This document shows positions 10,201 to 19,500 of a stretch of 39,856 bases of DNA, piece by piece (position 1 is the first letter of the stretch; the number at the start of each line of letters is the position of its first letter). Source of the DNA: a virus (Duplodnaviria; Caudoviricetes). The stretch covers positions 1 through 39,856 of IMG/VR virus record IMGVR_UViG_3300027132_000047. One strand, 5' to 3'. The notes below the pieces were generated by a model that was given only the letters and a program-made list of their open reading frames with translations, was not told the origin of the DNA and ran no database searches. The position numbers and the translations under genes are program-made.

Positions 10201-10762
10201 ATCAATAGCTCAGCAGTTCACTATACAGGCGCTTAATCTTACAGCTGGCGGCGGCACAATCGCAATCGCAGCTACACAAAACTTTGAGGTGTCTGTTACA
10301 AACGCCCTACAAGGATTTAGTTCTTCAGTAGTTACGCTTCCTTACACAGGAACCGGCACACTCGCCAACAATACAATTTGGGTAAGATTAAAATCTGGTA
10401 GATTAGTTGGGTCATTTGGTCCTGAAAATGTAGGCGTTGCTGGTGGCGGCGCTTCTACTAACGTAGCTGTTAGTGGATCAGTTACAGTTCAGCCTCCTGC
10501 ATCATACTATGGTTATGGCGCACCTGCCAACTACTATACTACATCTGCTACTGCTTGTTCAAACTACAACACAGCTAGATACGTATACGCTGCAGAGGGT
10601 CATCCAAGTGGGGTAACAAGACTTTACAACGACACAGGATTACAGTACCCTATAACAGGCCAAAACAATAAGTGGTTGTCAATAAGCCTTAATGGAACTG
10701 GCGCTGTGTATTCTGTACAATTAGATAACGATGGCTACGTGATAGCTACAACAAGCTGCTAA
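7259..10762 (+). CDS. Tail muzzle/stabilisation protein, N-terminal part, with two Ig-like repeats and a Cys-bounded domain at the C-terminus
   Basis: Motifs GGLNTD...Y....NIR, IFWTDDFNEPRRIN, YKYGVVFYDDFGR, YGTINPES and GGVDP resemble crAss-like muzzle proteins. Confidence 0.7.
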   Translation: MPNTKKIPIGGLNTDDAEYLLDPKEYLGGLNIRFATTENGQVGKISNVEGTIEKTQTLNEFGVRSTFNLPAGTNETIGAYEDTSNRRIIWFNWNSSGSHGVYCYDFDTDLIYTVLKNADVTGGLNFQRSKFMHSIAHIDNIIFWTDDFNEPRRINVERGIKTNHPTYVSNEGTYTIPLAQSAITIIRPQPVYPANVGFYTTVNGADDLNFDTYQSTYRFVYKDKEYSTFCTYSTILPTAGALGYFKFIIPLEQKIPSDIEKIEMAVRFGISGKLSIVRTWYADKDAAAIAAHNAGTTALEFDYYNNTLGVNVDDATASKPFDSVPRLAGTLDITKNRLFMGDILLGYDAPNTTSITLSLSNTAGSNGMPVFKSGSSYKYGVVFYDDFGRFCGVVPGPSISVPDRTEINSQFAIGINWTLSNANAINEIPDWAKYFSVVRTKNKRTGFFQQFKSSELRVASKNDAGEYVLGLDTTNVKVFGLAIKASDLSLFGQGYSYQQGDLVNIYNGLVKYTSRVLDTYSDFIIVEYVLISNPLTSNDEVIVEVYSPKKTSENEIFYEIANKTPILNPGTSTRTYGDLFSTTGGDVTLKTRTRPDTTTYIVETMNYNDGIYTVWADNTGRAAIEINDKVERLNTAVCYSNVFNTANNGLVSFDALSVSILPLDLGAIEKLISTSKVQFEGTVMLAIGQQETASLYIGETQIFDASGSSFIAKSSGVIGQVNILRGSYGTINPESVYEWSGEVLFFDTTKGSWVRYNNQGLSEISLIKMSKYFKKIGSDILNYYKSPETYNFANNNSPIRVLGGVDPFHTEYLMNMPRMTVIPQNEVLTDMELGSNTYAYTLALATLVAVPETLTGFTYELGFGPSASQTFVLTGTNLRTGMIATVTGTTDYEVSLNNTAFSQSVSIAEVGSAISSTVYVRLKAGRVVGNYNSQTINCQTQNAELSDTVVCSGSVTANVTPRIIATPSSLTGLDYVEGFGPSIAQQFTIQALNLTAGGGTIAIAATQNFEVSVTNALQGFSSSVVTLPYTGTGTLANNTIWVRLKSGRLVGSFGPENVGVAGGGASTNVAVSGSVTVQPPASYYGYGAPANYYTTSATACSNYNTARYVYAAEGHPSGVTRLYNDTGLQYPITGQNNKWLSISLNGTGAVYSVQLDNDGYVIATTSC

Positions 10763-10763
10763 T

Positions 10764-11522
10764 ATGCTATATATAACTAACTTAACAATATCGACAGTAT
10801 TAGATAAGGTATACATGGTAGTAGCACCAGCTGGTGTTAGTGTGTTCTATTCTAATATAAAGATTATAAATAACGGAGGTACAGGGTACTTTGTTTCTAA
10901 CGGTTCTACAAACCTAAGACTAGAGTCCGCTACTTCTGGAACCGGCAACGTGGTTGTTACGGAACTACTTAGATCTTTTTATAATATAAACGATGGTCAA
11001 GGTGGTACTATAGCTTTCCAGCCAATGATAGATAAGTGGATTACGCAATACAGCTTTAGACCCGAGTGGATGACTATGGTTGGGAATAGGTTAGTAACCT
11101 TTAAGGGTGGTAAACCATATGTGCACGCCGGTCCTTACAATAGTTTCTATGGTCAATTGTGTGATACTTGTATAGCTGTAGCTCATAGTGAAGCTGGTAA
11201 TAGTATTAAGACATACAAGACCGTAGCAATAGAAGGGGATGTCCCAGATCGTATGCACGTAAGAACCGAGGTTCCTTACATACAGAGCACAGACGTGTTG
11301 GCTTTAGAGTTCTCTGTTAAAGAAGGCGTTAATTATTCTGAACTATTCAGAGATAGATTGTCGCCTAACGCTACTGGTAACTATAGCGATAAGCTATATA
11401 CCGGAGATGTTATTAGAGGTGAGTTGTGTAAGGCTATGGTTATATACACCCAACCTCAAGTACTTAAATCTACAAAGTTTATTGACATAGACTTTGACGG
11501 ATCTACCGGACAGACCGTATAA
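10764..11522 (+). CDS. Tail muzzle/stabilisation protein, C-terminal part as a separate ORF
   Basis: TIAF....KWITQYSFRPEW...NSFYG...KEG motifs, which I recall at the C-terminus of single-chain muzzle proteins. Confidence 0.6.
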   Translation: MLYITNLTISTVLDKVYMVVAPAGVSVFYSNIKIINNGGTGYFVSNGSTNLRLESATSGTGNVVVTELLRSFYNINDGQGGTIAFQPMIDKWITQYSFRPEWMTMVGNRLVTFKGGKPYVHAGPYNSFYGQLCDTCIAVAHSEAGNSIKTYKTVAIEGDVPDRMHVRTEVPYIQSTDVLALEFSVKEGVNYSELFRDRLSPNATGNYSDKLYTGDVIRGELCKAMVIYTQPQVLKSTKFIDIDFDGSTGQTV

Positions 11523-11590
11523 ACCACCCCCTGTTTTTAATAGATATACCCAAATTCTGGGTCATTTTTGCATACAATAAATAGAAGATT

Positions 11591-12220
11591 ATGGCACCAC
11601 TTATGATTGCTGGATTAGTAGCTCAAACCGCTGGTAGCGTTTTTGGAGGTATTAAGGGAGCTCAGATGATGAAGCAAGCAAAAGCAATAAATCCAAATTG
11701 GAATTTAAAAGAAAGTCAGGCTGCTAAGCAAATGCTAGGAACAGCGCAAACTCAATTGAATGCGCGTAACCCATTTGCAGAAGCGAGTCGTCAAGCTATA
11801 TTAGGCGGTCAAGCAAATGCTTTGGCTGGCGTAGAAAGAAACGCAATCGATCCGTCTCAGGCTTTAGCTATTATAACTGGCGTTACTGGTCAGACTAACC
11901 AATCCTTAATGGAGCAAGGTAGACAAGACGCCGCAGGTCAAGCTCAAAGAACAGCTAACTTGTTTAACGCACTACAGACTAATGTAGGTCAGGAGAATTT
12001 AGCTAACCAATTCATGGCACAAAAGTATCAAATGGATCTTGGTCAGAAGAATGCTTTACAAACAGCAGGCCAACAGAGCATAGTTAATGCAGCTACAAAT
12101 CTAGCTGGTACAATGTTTGGGGCAAACGCTCAAGATATGGGCACTAAGAACGCTGATAAGAATATGAATGCTGCCTTGATCAATCTCTTATCGGGTAAGG
12201 GGACCTCAAAAGGATTTTAA
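11591..12220 (+). CDS. Putative ejection/pilot protein
   Basis: A/G/Q-rich with a hydrophobic glycine-rich N-terminus. Sits after the muzzle. Confidence 0.6.
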   Translation: MAPLMIAGLVAQTAGSVFGGIKGAQMMKQAKAINPNWNLKESQAAKQMLGTAQTQLNARNPFAEASRQAILGGQANALAGVERNAIDPSQALAIITGVTGQTNQSLMEQGRQDAAGQAQRTANLFNALQTNVGQENLANQFMAQKYQMDLGQKNALQTAGQQSIVNAATNLAGTMFGANAQDMGTKNADKNMNAALINLLSGKGTSKGF

Positions 12221-12230
12221 AAATTTTATA

Positions 12231-13568
12231 ATGCCAGACGGAATACAAGCAATACAATTCGATCAGACCCCTAATCAGTTGCTCTACAAGATGGCGGAAG
12301 ATCTTCGCCAAGAGAAACGAATTCAGGAGCAAATGAAGAGGGAGGATGATGTTAGAAAGTTCAATGTTCTTTCTACAATAAATCCTAATGCCCTATATAA
12401 AGATTTTGATAAGCAGGTTGTAGATGCATCTATAAGCGGATTACAACAGAGGGTTGCTGAATATTTAAAGTCAAATCCTACAACAATGGATTTGCAATCA
12501 TTCATACAAAATAATGTTGGCGATATTGCTCAGTGGAGCGCCAAGACTACAGCTATTAGAACTGGTCTAGAATCTCAGATTCAAAAGATGAACAATAAGG
12601 CTGGCATAGATGTAGATACGCTATTCAAAAAGACAATTCAAAATGCACTTTACGATCAGAATGGACAACTTAAATCTGCAAAAGATTTAGATCCATCTAA
12701 AGATTGGATAACAGAAACATATGCAGCTAGCCCTAAAAGCTTTACTGATATGCAGCAGGTCGGGGGAGCTCTTTTAAAATCTATTAACGATGCTCCTAAA
12801 AAAACCACAACTGTAGATGTAACTACACAAAGAGGTAAGGTTATAAATGTTGAAAAGAAAAGTCTTGAGTATTCACCAGCATTCCAGCAAGTTAATACAG
12901 CTACTGGTAATATAGAATTTAAAAAGAAGGATGGCTACCTTGACGAATCAGCTTACAATTATTTTGTTCAACCGGGATCTCCAATGGAAGGTTACCTAGA
13001 GAACCAAGTAGATAGGATTGTTGATTCTTATAATAAAGATAAGTCTACCCAAAACAAATTAAAGATTGGTAGTGTAGATATTTCTGATCCGGGTAATAGA
13101 GAGTTAATTAAGAGAGCTTGGTTAACTAACTATGTTGAAAACACAGCTGGATCTAAACAACAGGACGTAACTAAAGATATAGTTAAGCCGCCAAGTATAA
13201 ATATCTTTAATCAACCTACCACAGCGGACCCTAACTTTGTTAGTCCAACACAGAGGATTAAGGAGATTGTATCATTAAATGATAACTTCTTGGGGAAAAA
13301 GGAAACTTCTGGTCAAGGTAATATTAGATATACTGTTACAGATCAATTTAAAGAACTACCTTTGTTTAAGAGTATTGGTACCGGTAAGACATATGGCCCA
13401 TCTGAGGTTGTGTTCCTTAAGAATATAAAGGGTGGCGAAGACCAATTTATCGTAAGAGAAAAGCCCGGCAAACCGCTTAAAGTTTATACAGTTAAACAAT
13501 GGAATGACTTTATTGACGGCACTTACATCGACCCATCAAAAGGGAAAGTTAGAGGTGTTGAAAGATAA
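12231..13568 (+). CDS. Putative internal virion (ejection) protein
   Basis: Lies between the pilot-like and giant proteins. Helical, Q/K-rich. Confidence 0.55.
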   Translation: MPDGIQAIQFDQTPNQLLYKMAEDLRQEKRIQEQMKREDDVRKFNVLSTINPNALYKDFDKQVVDASISGLQQRVAEYLKSNPTTMDLQSFIQNNVGDIAQWSAKTTAIRTGLESQIQKMNNKAGIDVDTLFKKTIQNALYDQNGQLKSAKDLDPSKDWITETYAASPKSFTDMQQVGGALLKSINDAPKKTTTVDVTTQRGKVINVEKKSLEYSPAFQQVNTATGNIEFKKKDGYLDESAYNYFVQPGSPMEGYLENQVDRIVDSYNKDKSTQNKLKIGSVDISDPGNRELIKRAWLTNYVENTAGSKQQDVTKDIVKPPSINIFNQPTTADPNFVSPTQRIKEIVSLNDNFLGKKETSGQGNIRYTVTDQFKELPLFKSIGTGKTYGPSEVVFLKNIKGGEDQFIVREKPGKPLKVYTVKQWNDFIDGTYIDPSKGKVRGVER

Positions 13569-13582
13569 TAAAAAGAAAGATA

Positions 13583-16500
13583 ATGGATATAAAACAAACG
13601 CTATTGAATTTTCATGAAACACTTAAGTCTAACCCAGAATTAAGTGACGATGAATTATTAAATAAATTTCCTGAGTTAAATAAGGATTCTTTATCAGCTG
13701 CGTTCGATTACTCTGCTACATTAGATAGTGGCAAGTATAAATCTGAAGTTGAGTTTGAAGACAAGTTCCCAGAATTCTTTCCTGTAAAAAAAAAAGAGTT
13801 GGATGGGCAGACTCTGCCAGAAGTTACTGTAAAAAGTACCTCCAAGTCTCAGTCACAATTGGGACAACCTGCACAGACTCCGACATCTGTATCAAATTCT
13901 TCTTTATCTGTATCTCAGCCAAGTTTGGCAACAGAGGTTGATTACTCCCCGTTATCAACAGAAGATCTAAGTAATAAGTACAAGGAATTAAAAACACTTG
14001 CTGATCAATATAAATCTAATATTGATAAGTTTAAAGCTGAAGGAGATTCTGGTAAGATTAGATTATCTGGTACCGCAAACGAATACAATAAAATAATCGG
14101 CGAACTTAATTACGTAGCCGACATGTATAAGATAAAGGCTAAGGACGCTTCATTACCTAAGTTTGATGTTATCCCACCTACCGGCGAGCCTATTGTAAAA
14201 GACGAGCGCCAGAAGGCGTCTGATATACTTAGGGTTAATCTAGCTGCATTAAAAGAGAAATCTTATTTAGAAGCTGGAGATCCTAACGCAAAGAACAAAG
14301 CGATATTTGAGGTTAATAAATCTTACAATGCAATTAACCAGTCGCCAGACTACTCTACTGCATTACAAAATCTTGGTAACTTAAAGCAACAAGTGTTTAA
14401 TGTTACTGCAGCAGATCCAGAATCAAGAGATTTATTAATGCAGAACCTTGGCGAAGATGCTAAAGGTATTTCTACATTCTTATTAAAGGACAGGAAGGCT
14501 ATAGAAAACTGGCAAGCTCAGGGTTTGAACCCAGCTCAAGGTGTAGCTTTAGATTACATAAAAGTATTCCAGCCAGAAAAATATAAGGCATTCCAAGAAA
14601 GAGCGACCGCTGCAGCTACGGGAGAAATGGCTGGGGTAGGTAAGCAGATTACTAATTTTGAATTAGAGAATACTGGTATTGGTATATTAAAGACAGGATT
14701 AACAGAGAGATACAATGCGTTACAAGAGTCTATAGTTAAAGCTAATAGAGGAGAGTTAACTGCAGAAGAAGCAAAGAAAGTAAAGTCAGATTCAGAAAAC
14801 ATTTCTAAGTGGCTTGACTATGTAGATAAATTAGAACAAGATCAGTACACTAAATATCCAGAGGCTATTTCATTAGAAATAGATAGAACATTACAGGATA
14901 TTAATAAACCAACTTTAGGTCAGGGAACAAAGGCTGCATTAAACTTAGCAAACTCTATATCTGGTACTTTCCAAGATGGAGTTAACGCAGTGTATGCCGG
15001 ATTGTTTTTAAACGATCAAGAAAGAATAAACAACGACTTAGAGATATTAGCTAAATCTAATACAGAGAATACATTAAACTACACTACTCAGAATCAATCT
15101 TTAATTAACAGACCGTTTCTTACAACTGTGTCTGATGATGTAAAAAAGAAGATTGATGAAATAGACAACTCTTCTATTTCTGATGAAGAAAAATACAAGC
15201 AAAAGTTTCAGATACTAAAGCAGGCTAGAAAGGATGGCAACATTTATACTGTAGTAAACCCTAATAAGTCTAAGGTTAACTGGACAGGCGAGGCCATACT
15301 AAACACTGTAACGAGTGTTGCGCCACAAGTTATTGGGGCCATGGTTCTTTCTGGAGCTACTGGTGGATATGGTGCTGCCACTAAATTAGGGCAGTTATCA
15401 AATCTATTCGCCGTTACAGCAATGCAATCTTACGGTCAAAGATTTAATCAAGCTAAAGAAGAGGGTTCTGAGAATCCATACTTTGATGCTGGAGTTGGCG
15501 CATTAGGAGATGCAAGTACAGAGCTTTTTGGCAATAACATTGCACAGATTAAAAGGGTTTTTGGATCAGGGAATGCTGGCAAGTTATTAGAAAAACTTTC
15601 TGATGGCGATTGGAAAAAATTAATGGCTAATAAGACAGGTGCCTTTAGAAATTTTGGTAAGGTATTATTAGAGCAGGGTAAAGATGTAGTTACTGAGTCT
15701 GGTGAAGAAGGACTTGCTCAAGCTTTAGATAACTTAAGACAAGGCAAACCAATTGGCGAGGGTATGAAAGAAACAATCCTTTCTACATCTATAGGATTCT
15801 TGCCATTAAAAATTATAGGTTTACCTATGGCGTTTAAGAGCGCCAATATGGTAGATAAATTTAACTTATACTCTGCAGGTTTTAATAAGAACACCACAAT
15901 AGCTGGTATAGATAACCAGTTAAAGGCTGGCGATATAAACAAAGAAGAAGCTGACAGAAGAAAGGGTATCGTAAATCAAGTGAACGGCATTATTAATTCT
16001 ATGCCAATGTTTGATGTTAACGGCAAACCTCTTTCTGATGATAACAAAGCGAAGTATGTTTTCAATCAATACATAAAACAGAATTCTAAAGACACGGAAG
16101 GCTTACCATCTAGTGTTGTTAATAATATAAACCAAACAGCACAGCAAGCTGACGCTGAGAATGGTGCAATATTAGAAGGTCAATCTGAAGTAACAATTAA
16201 ATCAAGTAAAGATGCCATTAGTAAAAGCGCAGGGCAAGTCGAGCCTACAATCGGCGATATCGGCCAACCTCAGGGAGTTGTACAAGGACAACAAGAAGTC
16301 GGGCAAGGAGAAGGGGAACAAGGGCAAGCCGCGCAGCCGGGAGCAAATGTTAGCGATAGCAATATCAGCGGCGAAGGGCAAGTAGCTAAGCCATCTGATT
16401 TCGGCGTATCCACTATAGCAAAGGGATTTGCAGAGTTAATGGATAAAGCTAAGAAATCTTTAGGTATTAACGGTATTAGCGTTGATGTTTATAATCAAGA

Positions 16501-19500
16501 AGACTACGATAAGATAGAAAAAGAAGGCGGTAAGTTTATTAAGAGCGCCGACGGTACAGCTGTTGGTGTATTAAAACCTAACGGCGAAATAGTTTCTATA
16601 GTAAAATCTGCAGATAGTAAACAAAAGAATGTAGCCCCAGCTATGATCGAGAAAATGAAACAGCTCGGGGGTCTATTCATGGACAACTTTGATATATACC
16701 TAACAAAGCAATACGAAAAGGCTGGGTATAAGGTTGTAGCAAGATTACCATTTAACGAAGAGTTTGCACCAGAAGGATGGGATGCAGAAGGTTCTCCTCT
16801 AAAGAACAAGCCTGATGTAGTATTCATGGCTAGAGAAGACTTAGCGCCAGATGAAGTAAAGGTGTTTGACAAGAACGATTACGATGGTGCAAAGGCTTAC
16901 ACAGAGGGTCTAGTTAAGGGTGCGACATTACCGCTTCAAACAATATCTATTGACGCCAATAATCAAGCAGATCTTGGTGAGGTGACAGTTAAGAAAACAA
17001 TACACAAGAAAGTAATATCTGATGTTAATAGAGCTGCACAAGCTTTAGCTAAGGTCGGTATTAAGTTTAATGTATACCAGAACGCAGAAGAGTTTACTAA
17101 GGCTACAGGTCAAGAGAAGTCTACACAAGGAGTCTTTAATGATGACAACGGTACGATTTCTATTAACTTAAGTGAGATTAATAATTCTGGCGATTGGAAT
17201 ATTGCATGGCATGAGGGTTCTCATCCTGTAATGAATATTATTAGGAACACGAACCGCCCACTTTATGATAAGATGGCGCAGGGTATAGCTGATTTGGCTA
17301 AGAAGAATCCATCTATTAAAGCGGTAGCTCAATGGGCCGGAGAGAATTACGAAGGTAAGGAGACTCAGGTTGATGAATCTATGGTTGAAACTATAGCTTT
17401 AATCGCCGACAATAAGATAGATCTAGATGCAATACCTCAGGGCTTAAGACAAGATATAATTGACTTTGTAAATAAGGTAGCTTCTTATCTTGGATTAGAT
17501 CCAATATTAAGCGACACATCTGCAAAGGCGTTTGTTGAAAAGGCTAAGGAAATATCTAATGCATTAAAGACTGGTCAAGATATTTCAGAGGTAGTAGGTG
17601 CAGAGAATGTTAGGGAGTATCAGAATAATCTAGACACGCCAGAGATTGTGGTTGCAGGGGAAATGAATAAGACCCCTCAAGCAAAAATATCTGACACCCC
17701 TGCTATTGATGTTTACGAGTCTAAGGAAACTGAGAAGCTTCCTGTAAAATCAATAGAAGATGTTTACAAAAAGTTTGATGGTAAGGCTGTGGCAATTAAC
17801 TCTGATCCTACTAGGGTTGGTGAATTAACGCTACCGTCTGGTAAGAAAATATTTATGTATGGCGGACCGGCTTACTTATCATTAAAAGATAACGTAGATG
17901 CTGGTGTTGGTTTTGCTACAACTCAACCATCAAAAGTTAAGACTTGGTCTACCTATTTAAAGAGCGTTTTCGGTGATAAAGATGGTGTAACATTAGTAAC
18001 TACACAGGCGCCAACTTCAATGATGGCGAACTCATATTCATTAAGATATGTTCTTGATGCTATCTCTACATTACCTAAATCTATATTAAAGTCTAAAGAA
18101 TTCAAGGACGAGTTCTTCGGTAAGGATCTAGTATTACTTAAGGATGCATTTGGAGAAAAAGGTTACAATGACTTTGTAAATAAGTATAAGAAAGCGGACT
18201 TGTCTGATAGTAAAGTTATCGACGGCATGATTTCTGAGATGGCGTACAAGGTTGGTGATGACAATAAGCCTGCAAGCTTCAAGGCAAGAGGTGCATTCGT
18301 AGGCAACCTATTAGGTGGCGTTGCACTGAAGGCAGATATTAAGGGAGTGGAAGGCGATAAAGGTTACGTATCTAAGAAGCCAACTAAGTTTATTGCCAAG
18401 CAATTATTTGACAGGTTAGGTTTAAACCAAGAAAAACTATTCTATGAAATAGGAGAAAAGTCTCTTGTTGACTTATACATGAATGAAGGGAAGTGGGGAA
18501 TGGCAGTAGCTGGATTTGAAACTAAGGCAGGCGCATCTATTGATCCGGCTGGCGGTGTGAAACATCCTTTGTTCAACGCTAAGTTCCCCGGCAGTGACGC
18601 CTTCTTGTTAGATGGCGCATATGAGATCGATAAATTATTTGCACCTCAAGATATTATATCTAGTGGTGGTAACCCATACACAAAGTCTGCAGCACAAATG
18701 CTAGCAGGTAGTATGTATGTGATGGGCGATAAGACAAAAGGTGAAAAGTCTTTTGAATACAAACCATCTCCTATTTCGGGTACTAAAATTCAGCAGAAGA
18801 AATCTGCAGTAGTTCTTGCTGAGATGGAGTCTATTGTTAAGACAGCAAAAGAAAACGGAACATACCTTAAGGCCCCTAACGGTAAGGCTACGAAACTTAC
18901 ACCTGATCAATGGGCAGAAGTAAGGACAAATAATTTCAAGAACTGGTTTGGTGATTGGGAGAAAGATCCTAAAAATGCAAGTAAGGTTGTGGATGCGAAT
19001 GGCGAACCTAAAGTGGTTTATCATGGTTCAGGACAAGTATTTGATGAATATAGTTTAGACTACGGAGGCACTAATACGGGGGCAAAGAACGGGACTTTAG
19101 GTTTCTTCTTTACAGACAACAAGAAGGTTGCGGATAGTTTTGGAGGCAATATGTATAATGTCTTCTTGAACATGAAGAATCCAATTGAGGCTGGGTATTT
19201 TTCTTATGATGCAGATGGAAGAATAGATAAAATAAACACTGTTGACGGTTATGAAAGTGTCAAGAACGCAATACTAAAAACATCCAGCAAGAATAATTGG
19301 ACAGATATTGATAACACGGATATTGATAAATGGAGGAATAAAATTACTGGCCTAGGGTATGACGGTGTAATAATTGATACTCAGGTAGACTCAAAAGAGA
19401 TTGTTGTTTTAGGTAAGGGTCAAGGTTACGCGAAACCTCACTTAATGCACATCGCGTTCGAACCTAATCAAATCAAATCCGCTACCGATAATACTGGCGA

